Shown: piece after piece, positions 56,794 to 64,000 of the stretch
How the letters are laid out: each line of letters starts with the position of its first letter
How positions within the stretch are numbered: the first letter of the stretch is position 1
Assembly (NCBI GenBank): GCA_021295785.1
Contig: JAGWBR010000002.1
Span: 130,844 to 194,843, forward strand
Source: Gemmatimonadota bacterium
Lineage (GTDB): Bacteria; Gemmatimonadota; Gemmatimonadetes; Palauibacterales; Palauibacteraceae
DNA: 64,000 bases
Reading direction: 5' to 3'
The notes under the pieces: model-generated
What the model was told of the DNA's origin: nothing
Database searches by the model: none
The model's input: only the letters and a program-made list of their open reading frames with translations
Translations under genes and position numbers: made by a program

Positions 56794-57099
56794 ATGCTAA
56801 CCCATCGGGGCGCCATGACAAATCACACGACGGTTGCCGCTTCACCCGCCGAGGCGCTTGCCGCTGCCCGTGAGTTCTTCGAGGCCGGTGCAGGCACGCG
56901 CGCCTGGGTTGAGGACGAGAGCGACACGCACATTTCCGCGGCCACTTTCCGCGGCAATATCGCGGTGGCCGTCAGGCCGGGTCCCGAAGGCGCCGGCTCA
57001 GCGGTGCGGGTAACGACCCTGCGGGAAGAAGGGATAGTGCCGAGACTTTTGGCCCACATGGCTGCTGCCGGATCGGGTCGAGAAATGGCGGCTTCGTGA
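56794..57099 (+). CDS. hypothetical ~95-100-aa protein, translationally coupled to moaD
   Basis: ORF with GC-rich third positions. Start ATG 56794 or ATG 56815 (GGGG 4 nt upstream). The stop overlaps the moaD GTG (GTGA). No family recognised. Confidence 0.5.
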   Translation: MLTHRGAMTNHTTVAASPAEALAAAREFFEAGAGTRAWVEDESDTHISAATFRGNIAVAVRPGPEGAGSAVRVTTLREEGIVPRLLAHMAAAGSGREMAAS

Positions 57100-57416
57100 T
57101 GCAATCCCCGGCGGCCGCGACTCCCGAGACTTCGACCCCGCGGATCGTGGACCGCGGCAAAGGAGACATTTCGGTTGAAGTGAAGTTGTTCGGTGCCTAC
57201 GCCGACCTTGCCGGGAGGCGAGAGACCACGCTGGCTCTGGCCAGCGGCAGTACTCTGGCCGATCTGGTCGGCCGCCTGCGCGGGAAGTGGACATGGCTGC
57301 CCGCCAGCCCGGCGACCGCCGTCAACCAAGCTTACGTGGAGCCTGGCGAGGCGCTCTCGACAGCCCTCGCCGACGGCGACGAAGTGGCTCTGATCCCGCC
57401 CGTTGCGGGGGGTTGA
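57096..57416 (+). CDS. moaD: molybdopterin synthase sulfur-carrier subunit
   Basis: VKLFGAYADLAG.., C-terminus ..GDEVALIPPVAGG (Gly-Gly end). ~25-aa N-terminal extension. Confidence 0.82.
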   Translation: MMQSPAAATPETSTPRIVDRGKGDISVEVKLFGAYADLAGRRETTLALASGSTLADLVGRLRGKWTWLPASPATAVNQAYVEPGEALSTALADGDEVALIPPVAGG

Positions 57417-57428
57417 CCGGCCACGGGA

Positions 57429-57887
57429 ATGGGATACGGCGAGACTCGGGTCGATGTCGACATCACCGAGCAAAGCCTGGACGGCGGAGATCCGTTCGCG
57501 GGCCTCGGAGGCGCCGGAGACGGGGCGGCGCTTGTGTTCGTCGGCCGCGTGCGGAACTTGAACGAGGACCGGCAGGTTGTCGGAATCGAATACGAGGCCT
57601 ACCGGGAAATGGCTCTGAAGGTGCTCCGGGGAATTTGCGCACGGGCTTCCGCGGAGCACGAGGTCGGGCATGTGCGCGCCGTGCACCGGACCGGCTGCTT
57701 GAAAGTGGGTGAGGCAAGCGTGGCGGTCTCGGTGTCCGCGCCGCACAGGGCGGCTTGTTACGCGGCGTCGAAACAGATCATGGACGACCTCAAGCAGCTC
57801 TTGCCCGTCTGGAAGAAGGAGCAGTACGCCGACGGTTCGGCGGATTGGCTCGGCGCTCCGACGAGCGCGCAGGATGCCGGCGCATGA
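57429..57887 (+). CDS. moaE: molybdopterin synthase catalytic subunit
   Basis: LVFVGRVRN, IEYEAY, VAVSVSAPHR, LPVWKKE. Confidence 0.9.
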   Translation: MGYGETRVDVDITEQSLDGGDPFAGLGGAGDGAALVFVGRVRNLNEDRQVVGIEYEAYREMALKVLRGICARASAEHEVGHVRAVHRTGCLKVGEASVAVSVSAPHRAACYAASKQIMDDLKQLLPVWKKEQYADGSADWLGAPTSAQDAGA

Positions 57888-58864
57888 AGGACCAGTTCGG
57901 CCGCCAGATCCGGTACCTCCGGATCTCGGTCACCGACCGTTGCAACCTCCGGTGCACCTACTGCATGCCCGAGGAAGGCCTTCCGTGGATCCCGAAGGCC
58001 GAGATGCTGAACTACGAGGAAATCGCCGAGATCGTGCGGCAGATGGCTGACATGGGGCTGGAACGGGTCCGCATTACAGGGGGAGAACCGCTGATCCGTC
58101 ATGATCTGCCGCGCCTGGTCGAGATGATCGCAGCCGTGGATGGAATCGACGATATCTCCCTGTCCACCAACGCCATCCTGCTGCCCAGGTTCGCCGGCCG
58201 GCTGCGCGACGCGGGTCTCCAGCGCGTCAACGTCAGTCTGGACACTCTCGACAAGGATGCGTTCGTCAAGATCGCCCGCCGGCCGGCTCGCCGGTTCGAA
58301 GAGACCCTGATCGGTCTGAGGGCCGCCGAGGATGCCGGATTCTCCCCAATCAAGATCAACTGCGTCTTGATGCGAGGGCTGAACGACAACGAAGTTCCCG
58401 CGTTTGCCCAGATGACCCGCCGCCGGCCGTGGCACGTGCGTTTCATCGAATTGATGCCGGTGGGGGAGAACCTGCACCTCACGGACCGGTACGTCTCCAC
58501 AGACGAGGCGCTTGAGCGGATCAACGGGGTGGGCGGGCTGGAGCCCGATCCCGGCCCGCTCGGCAACGGGCCGGCCGTCTACTACCGGTTCCCGGGTGGG
58601 CGGGGCACGGTGGGCGTCATCACTCCGATGTCGCACAACTACTGTGACCGCTGCAACAGAATGCGCCTCACTGCCGACGGGCGTCTGAGAACATGCCTGT
58701 TCGGCGACCACGAAGTTGACCTCAAAGGACCGTTGCGGGAATCCGGAACCATCGAGGCCGCGGTACTCGAGGCACTGGCCGGAAAACCGAAACAACACTA
58801 CCTGCAAATCGGATCCGCCTCGGGCAGCGGCGGGCTGGCGGCACTCAGCCAGGTAGGGGGATAG
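57884..58864 (+). CDS. moaA: GTP 3',8-cyclase (radical SAM)
   Basis: [50 protein letters not shown] overlap with moaE. Confidence 0.94.
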   Translation: MKDQFGRQIRYLRISVTDRCNLRCTYCMPEEGLPWIPKAEMLNYEEIAEIVRQMADMGLERVRITGGEPLIRHDLPRLVEMIAAVDGIDDISLSTNAILLPRFAGRLRDAGLQRVNVSLDTLDKDAFVKIARRPARRFEETLIGLRAAEDAGFSPIKINCVLMRGLNDNEVPAFAQMTRRRPWHVRFIELMPVGENLHLTDRYVSTDEALERINGVGGLEPDPGPLGNGPAVYYRFPGGRGTVGVITPMSHNYCDRCNRMRLTADGRLRTCLFGDHEVDLKGPLRESGTIEAAVLEALAGKPKQHYLQIGSASGSGGLAALSQVGG

Positions 58865-58886
58865 GACCCGCCGGGCCACAGCGAAT

Positions 58887-59441
58887 ATGGCGATCAAGAG
58901 CGACCGCTGGATCAAGAACATGGCCGAGACGCACGGAATGATCGACCCGTTCGAGGACCGGCAGGTCCGGAGCGGCGTCATCTCCTACGGTCTCAGCAGT
59001 TACGGGTACGACATGCGGGTGGCGGACGAGTTCCGGATCTTCCACAACGCGCTGGCCCCGCTCGTCGACCCCAAGCGGTTCGACGAGCGCTCTTTCCTGG
59101 AGCACAAAGGTGATACGTGCATCGTCCCGCCGAATTCCTTCGCCTTGGCCCGGTCGGTCGAGTACTTCCGTATCCCGCGGCAGGTATTGACTATCTGCGT
59201 GGGCAAATCCACCTACGCCCGTTGCGGGCTCATTGTGAATGTGACGCCCTTCGAGCCCGAGTGGGAGGGTCACGTCACCCTGGAGATCTCGAACACCACG
59301 CCGCTTCCCGCCAGAGTCTACGCGAACGAGGGCATCGCACAGGTTCTGTTCTTCGAGTCAGACGAGCAGTGCATGCAGAGCTATGCCGACAAGAAAGGGA
59401 AGTACCAGGGCCAGACCGGAGTGACTCCGCCTCGGCTCTAG
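58887..59441 (+). CDS. dcd: dCTP deaminase
   Basis: [31 protein letters not shown]. Confidence 0.93.
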   Translation: MAIKSDRWIKNMAETHGMIDPFEDRQVRSGVISYGLSSYGYDMRVADEFRIFHNALAPLVDPKRFDERSFLEHKGDTCIVPPNSFALARSVEYFRIPRQVLTICVGKSTYARCGLIVNVTPFEPEWEGHVTLEISNTTPLPARVYANEGIAQVLFFESDEQCMQSYADKKGKYQGQTGVTPPRL

Positions 59442-59523
59442 TGCAACATCCGGCGATCCGGATCTCGCGACCAACTGGTGGTTGACGTGGGACGGTTCTT
59501 GGCCTAGTCTCCCGCCCAGACAA

Positions 59524-59637
59524 CTCATCGAGACCGGCTGAGGGACAGGCCCTTTGACGCCGGGGCAACCTGCGGGAAGTAGCTATTCCGCTAATGTGCC
59601 AACTCCTGCGGCGGTCTTCGGGTCGCCGAGAGATGAG
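59524..59637 (+). promoter_or_regulatory. SAM-I (S-box) riboswitch aptamer
   Basis: P1 CUCAUC (59524-29) / GAUGAG (59632-37). Conserved core in order: GAGGGA, GGCCC, GCAACC, GUGCCAA, AGAGAUGAG. P3 hairpin GCGGGAA..UUCCGC. P4 hairpin CGGCG-gucuucgggu-CGCCG. Confidence 0.85.
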
Positions 59638-59737
59638 CGCCCGCCGGGCCCCTGGTCCGGCCGCTGAGGTTACACAAGCGGCGTCCTCTTTTCTCCGGAG
59701 TCCGATCGAGTCCAGATCCAGACCCGGAGAACCTCAA

Positions 59738-60574
59738 GTGGCTTGTGCATCGTCCGGCCGAGCGGTAAACCGTCCCCCGCCGTCGACCCTCTCGCCGCCC
59801 GCGCACGGACGCCTCCGAATCCTGAAATTCGGTTCGTCGGTACTTCGGGAGCCGGCATCCTACGCGGCAGCCGCTGCACAAATCGCCTCGGAGGTCGGCT
59901 CCGGAGCAAGGGTCATCGCGGTGGTGTCCGCGCTGGAAGGCCAGACGGACGCGCTTCTCGCCGCAGCCCGGGGGGTCAGCGCGGATCCGCCCACCCACTT
60001 GGTGGCCGCGCTCCTGGCTACAGGAGAAGACGCGTCGGTATCGCTGTTGGTGATGGCGCTGGCCGAAGCCGGCATCACAGCCTCCACGATCTCATCGTGG
60101 CGTTCGCCTGTCCGGACCGATGGCCCGCCCGTAGACAGTGAGCCCGTGGGCGTGGACCGGGAGGCCTTGATCGCGGAGCTCGGCCGCGCCCGGGTGCTGG
60201 TCGTGCCGGGCTTCGTCGGCATTGACTGGCGCAGCGGCGCGCCCACCCTGCTCGGCAGGGGGGGATCGGATCTCACGGCACTCGCGCTGGGCTATTGGCT
60301 GGAGGCCCAGGAGGTGCGCCTGCTGAAGGACGAGGACGGCATTTATCCGGCGGACCCTAAACGGGTCTCCGGGCTGGAACCGCTGGCTGAGGTCACCTGC
60401 GGCGGAGCTCGGCGGATCGGCGGGGAAGTGGTGCAGGAAAAGGCCCTGCTCTACGCGGACCGGCACGGTTTGGCGTTCCGCGTGGCTGCCCCGGGGGGAC
60501 GCGGTACCCTGGTCACACCGGACCGTCCGGTAACGGAGGCGGCGCGCCCGAGCGCGCGGCCACAGGCGGCGTGA
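59738..60574 (+). CDS. aspartate kinase, catalytic (amino-acid-kinase) domain only; no ACT domains
   Basis: GGAG 8 nt before GTG 59738. ILKFGSSV, VVSALEGQTDALL, LLATGEDASVSLL, LLGRGGSDLTALALG, DEDGIYPADPKRV, ends ..GGRGTLVTP plus a short tail. The ORF-track start 59594 lies inside the riboswitch. Confidence 0.8.
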   Translation: MACASSGRAVNRPPPSTLSPPAHGRLRILKFGSSVLREPASYAAAAAQIASEVGSGARVIAVVSALEGQTDALLAAARGVSADPPTHLVAALLATGEDASVSLLVMALAEAGITASTISSWRSPVRTDGPPVDSEPVGVDREALIAELGRARVLVVPGFVGIDWRSGAPTLLGRGGSDLTALALGYWLEAQEVRLLKDEDGIYPADPKRVSGLEPLAEVTCGGARRIGGEVVQEKALLYADRHGLAFRVAAPGGRGTLVTPDRPVTEAARPSARPQAA

Positions 60575-61635
60575 CGCGGCGAGGCGGAGGGCCGGGGCGC
60601 GAGGGCGCGGCGGAGGCACCGAAGCCGAACGAAGGCGGCCGGTCCGGGATCCCGACAGCCGTCCTGGGGGCCACTGGAATCGTGGGTCAGCGGCTGGTCC
60701 GGATGCTTGCGGCTCATCCGTGGTTCGGCCTGGAGGAGGTGACGGCGTCGCCCCGGCGGGAAGGACGGCCGTACGGCGAAGACGTCCCGTGGGTCCTGGA
60801 GGGTGACCCTCCGGAAGCAGCGATCAAACTGCGACTGAAATCGTCCCCTCCGCGGAGCAGGCTGGTGTTGTCGGCCTTGCCGTCGGGCCCGGCCCGAGAG
60901 CTGGAGCTGGATTTGGCGCGGCGGGGGCACGTTGTATGCACCAACGCGTCGGCGCACCGGCTGGACGCGCGGGTCCCTCTTGTGGTCCCCGAAGTAAACC
61001 CGGAAGCGCTGCGCGAAGCCGGCCCGGGGCCGGGGGCCGGCGGCTGCCTGATCGCCAATCCCAACTGCGTCGTAACAGGTCTTGCCCTGGCCCTTTGGCC
61101 CTTGCAGAGGCAGTTCGGGATCGAGGCCGTGACCATGGTGACCCTGCAGGCGTTGTCGGGGGCGGGCCTGTCAAGTTTGCAAGAAGGGCCTGGACCCGGC
61201 GGCGTAGTTCCCTGGATCAGGGGCGAGGAAGAAAAATTCGGCCCGGAACTGCGAAAGATACTGGGGGCTGATTTTGAAGTGGCCGCCTCGGTGACCAGAG
61301 TCCCCGTGGTCGACGGGCACACCGCGCAGGTGTTTGTCCGGCTAAGGTCGCCCGCCACTCCCGGAGAAGCCGCCGAAGCGATGTCAGCCCTGCGCGGGCC
61401 CGTGGGGCTGCCCTCGTTGCCCCGGACACCGGTCGTTGTAAGACGGGAACCCGACCGGCCGCAGCCGGGGCTCGACATCAACGCGGGAAAGGGGATGACG
61501 GTGACTGTGGGCCGGCTGCGGCGCGTGCCGGGTTACAGCCTGGCCATGACCGTCGTGTCGCACAACGGCATCCGGGGCGCGGCGGGGGCATGCCTGGCCA
61601 ACGCGGAATTGGCCCGGACGGCGGGCTTGGTTTAG
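60571..61635 (+). CDS. asd: aspartate-semialdehyde dehydrogenase
   Basis: VLGATGIVGQRL, LIANPNCVVTGL (active-site Cys), SGAG, HNGIRGAAG. GTGA-coupled to the aspartokinase. Confidence 0.9.
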   Translation: MTRRGGGPGREGAAEAPKPNEGGRSGIPTAVLGATGIVGQRLVRMLAAHPWFGLEEVTASPRREGRPYGEDVPWVLEGDPPEAAIKLRLKSSPPRSRLVLSALPSGPARELELDLARRGHVVCTNASAHRLDARVPLVVPEVNPEALREAGPGPGAGGCLIANPNCVVTGLALALWPLQRQFGIEAVTMVTLQALSGAGLSSLQEGPGPGGVVPWIRGEEEKFGPELRKILGADFEVAASVTRVPVVDGHTAQVFVRLRSPATPGEAAEAMSALRGPVGLPSLPRTPVVVRREPDRPQPGLDINAGKGMTVTVGRLRRVPGYSLAMTVVSHNGIRGAAGACLANAELARTAGLV

Positions 61636-62005
61636 TCCGCGGACTGCCGAAGACATCCCGCGAATCTCCGAGGAGATGTGCTGAAACTGATGGCGAACCT
61701 GCGCGCACCGTTGAGTGCGCTGGTAGTGATCGGGCTGCGGCGGGAGCCAATGCGTGTGACTCGGCAACCACGCGATCGTCGATCGTCGCACCGCTCCATC
61801 AGGAGCTGGTTGATCCGCGCCGCCCAGAACGAGGCTTCTGTTGTTGGGCCAGTTGACTCCAGTCCATGATATCCTGCCGGTCGGCCCCAATTTGAGCCTT
61901 TGTGCTTCCGTATGCTCACCCCTATGTTTCTTTGAACTCAATCATTTACCGCGATAATCGACGCGGACCGATCGGCCCTAGAACTGGGCGTCTGGAAGGA
62001 AAAGC

Positions 62006-63151
62006 ATGTATCGACCTTGGAGGTGTCTCGCAACCGTATTCGTGCTGGCCACCGTGCCTCTCCTCGCCGGGGCGGCCGCAGCCATGCAGGTCGAAACCGC
62101 GTTGCAAATGGATAACGCGGGCACTTGGTCTATCGATGCGTCGTTAGATGTCGCGCTGAGGGGAGACTGGGTTGAGCAGGCCGCAGATATCCAGCGTCTG
62201 GACTCCGCACGCGTTGTCTTCGTACCCGGGCAGGTCGCAGATGCCTTTGTCGTGGCCGCAGTGGACGGGTCCAGGTGGGAGCGAGTTGGTCGGGCCGGGC
62301 AAGGACCGGGGGAATACGGCTACATCCGATGGGTCGTTCCTCACGAGAGCCGCCTGCATGTGTTCGACGCGGTAGCAATGCGCCGCACCGTCCTCGACGC
62401 CAGTTTCGAGATTCTCCACACCAATCCGCTGTATCTCAATCTGGCTGGCGGTGCCGCGATACTCAACGATTCGACCTATGTCGTCAACGGATCGATCCCT
62501 ACCTCCAACCGCGTTGGGTACGTGTTGCATCACTTTGGTCCAGGAGGGGAAGTCATCCGCTCGTTCGACGAGTCGCCCGACGGATTCGGCACTCCAGGCG
62601 CGGGAATCACGCGGTATCGCTCCGTGTTGGCAGCGGGGGACGGCATGCTGTGGGCGGCACACCGAACTCGGTATCAAATTGACTTGTGGGATCTTGAACG
62701 TGGCGAGCTCACCCTCTCTCTTATTCGTGACGCAGACTGGTTCGCCCCCCACCGCGAGTGGGAATCGCATCACCCCGAACGCCCGCCCAAGCCACGGTTG
62801 CTGGATCTTGAGGTGGATTCCGAAGGGAGGCTGTGGGTGCTGGTCGGCGTTGCGTCCACGCGCTGGGCGGAGGGCTTTGTCGACACACCCGAGGGAGCAC
62901 ATCCGGAACTGGGTGATTTTGTGCTCGATGACTGGAATGTCTCGTACGACACCGTCGTGGAAGTCATAGATCCAATCGCGAGATGCGTTCTCGCGACCGC
63001 GACTTTAGATGATCGCATGCCTTTCTTCGTGGGCCCGGGATGGGCGGTATCCTACCGCGAAGACGAACGAGGAAGCCCCACGCAGCAACTTTGGCGGCTG
63101 GCACTGCGTGGACCACCATCACACAATACAGGAGACGAACAATGCAACTGA
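62006..63151 (+). CDS. hypothetical secreted beta-propeller-like protein
   Basis: GGAAGGAAAAG before the ATG. Signal peptide CLATVFVLATVPLLAGAAAA. GQGPGEY motif recalls 6-bladed beta-propeller families. Visibly more A/T-ending codons than its neighbours. Confidence 0.65.
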   Translation: MYRPWRCLATVFVLATVPLLAGAAAAMQVETALQMDNAGTWSIDASLDVALRGDWVEQAADIQRLDSARVVFVPGQVADAFVVAAVDGSRWERVGRAGQGPGEYGYIRWVVPHESRLHVFDAVAMRRTVLDASFEILHTNPLYLNLAGGAAILNDSTYVVNGSIPTSNRVGYVLHHFGPGGEVIRSFDESPDGFGTPGAGITRYRSVLAAGDGMLWAAHRTRYQIDLWDLERGELTLSLIRDADWFAPHREWESHHPERPPKPRLLDLEVDSEGRLWVLVGVASTRWAEGFVDTPEGAHPELGDFVLDDWNVSYDTVVEVIDPIARCVLATATLDDRMPFFVGPGWAVSYREDERGSPTQQLWRLALRGPPSHNTGDEQCN

Positions 63152-63381
63152 ACCCCACAAGGGTTCCCTCGGGCAGTTCCGCCTCCGCAGCCGGGGCTTC
63201 TCAACCCGGACGGCCCGGTCCGCCAAGCCCCTGCCGCCCGTGGTACGCCGCGCACCCGCCGTCCCGCCTCCCCTGTCCACTAACCTGGAATCAGGCCCCG
63301 GCGGTTCCTGCACGACGGGACCTGGGCGGTGGCCGTAAGCGGGTGACTAGCAGTACACGGTAACACCTGAGGAGAATAAAC

Positions 63382-64000
63382 ATGTTTCAAACCCGTTTGC
63401 GTTCTTGGGTCGGCGACCTCCGCGGGGGGTTGCTGGTTGCCGCGGCCATGGCCGGCACGGCCTGCGGCGGCAGTGAGCCCGTGTCGCCACCTCCGCCCCC
63501 GCCGGAACCGGACCCGCCGGAGGCCGCTTCGGTCACGCTGACGCCCGCGTCCGCCTTGCTGGTTTCGCTTGGCGAAACCGCTGGGTTCACGGCGGCGGTG
63601 ATTGACCAGTACGGCGATCCGTACGAGGGGGGGGAGGTCGCGTGGACTTCGAGCAACATTGCGGTGTTCACCGTTGAGGCGGGGTTTGTCACCGCGGTCG
63701 CCAACGGCCAGGGAAGTGTGACCGCCTCGATTGAGGATGTCAACGGAACGGCCACCGTAGAGGTGGAACAGGCTCCGGTCGGTTTAACGGTTACCGGTGG
63801 AGAAGGGCAGGAGGCCGAACCGGAGACCGAACTGGACGAGAGGATCGAGGTCAGGATCGATGACGCCGGCGGTGCTCCCGTCGAGGGCGTGGAGGTTCAG
63901 TTTTCGACGGAAGAGGGCAACGGTTCCGCGAATCCGTCACAGACAACCACTGATGCCTCTGGGCTTGCTTCGTCTTCGTGGACACTGGGGGATCAAACCG
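63382..64000 (+). CDS. Ig-like (BIG2-type) domain lipoprotein, N-terminal part (3' end outside window; absent from the ORF track because it has no stop)
   Basis: GAGGAGAATAAAC before the ATG. MFQTRLRSWVGDLRGGLLVAAAMAGTACGG (lipobox), Pro-rich linker, then VTLTPASALLVSLGETAGFTAAVIDQYGDP...WTSSNIAVFTV...GFVTAVANGQGSVTA, typical of bacterial Ig-like group 2 domains. Confidence 0.75.
   Translation, partial: MFQTRLRSWVGDLRGGLLVAAAMAGTACGGSEPVSPPPPPPEPDPPEAASVTLTPASALLVSLGETAGFTAAVIDQYGDPYEGGEVAWTSSNIAVFTVEAGFVTAVANGQGSVTASIEDVNGTATVEVEQAPVGLTVTGGEGQEAEPETELDERIEVRIDDAGGAPVEGVEVQFSTEEGNGSANPSQTTTDASGLASSSWTLGDQT

Noticed and set aside
59594-59737. The ORF-track start of the aspartokinase ORF at 59594.
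   Set aside because: It lies inside the SAM-I aptamer (P3/P4 region). GTG 59738 has a GGAG 8 nt upstream and leaves the riboswitch as 5' UTR.
63142-63363. A Pro/Ser/Arg-rich 73-codon ORF starting at an ATG that overlaps the propeller gene stop, plus overlapping ORFs 63009-63338 and 63052-63313.
   Set aside because: Low-complexity translation with no SD and no motif. Several frames and both strands are open across the same GC-rich stretch, which argues for non-coding sequence.
1-64000. Scan for CRISPR arrays, IS elements or inverted terminal repeats, integrases/recombinases, phage genes, toxin-antitoxin pairs, restriction-modification genes and other known defence genes.
   Set aside because: No regularly spaced repeats were found, and no ORF translation has transposase, integrase, nuclease-ATPase defence or TA hallmarks. 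The only repeats seen are the 18-bp coding tandem repeat (1783-1836) and the 11-nt pair at 17023-17048.

Overview
GC-rich bacterial chromosome segment, almost fully coding and dominated by housekeeping genes. TolC, RND pumps and OM beta-barrels ending in Phe point to a diderm. The phylum cannot be fixed from sequence alone.

Gene order:
- thrS (partial), an inserted lipoprotein gene, infC-rpmI-rplT-pheS-pheT, a coiled-coil ORF, zapA, rny
- folD, polyprenyl synthase, nadK, recN
- a membrane protein and a convergent OM barrel
- tRNA-Cys and tRNA-Leu
- a 12.4-kb efflux locus: ABC ATPase, FtsX-type permease, adaptor, TolC-like protein, two RND pumps
- cyclophilin, DmpA-type peptidase, ETF-QO, flavoprotein, plsC, two small ORFs
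- gltA, pepA, a plug-like OM barrel
- yicC-gmk-rpoZ-coaBC-UDG-dnaB-ispD-tsaC
- an LMW-phosphatase::AroE fusion and a frameshifted comF
- gap-pgk-tpiA-secG, rnhA, carA, an HU/IHF protein, an aminotransferase
- an unknown ORF, moaD-moaE-moaA, dcd
- a SAM-I riboswitch, an ACT-less aspartokinase and asd
- a compositionally atypical tail with a beta-propeller protein and a partial Ig-like lipoprotein

No CRISPR array, IS element, integrase, prophage or recognisable defence or toxin-antitoxin genes were found.

Most notable observations:
1. A well-formed SAM-I riboswitch, with a readable SD-sequestering switch, controls an aspartokinase that lacks its ACT regulatory domains, plus asd.
2. A phosphatase-shikimate dehydrogenase fusion lies next to tsaC.
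3. A regulator-less ABC+RND efflux locus has a single adaptor and a single outer-membrane factor.
4. There are two apparent frameshifts (lipoprotein, comF).
5. Structured leaders occur in the infC-rpmI-rplT operon.

All calls come from reading the translations and sequence by eye. No database searches were run.
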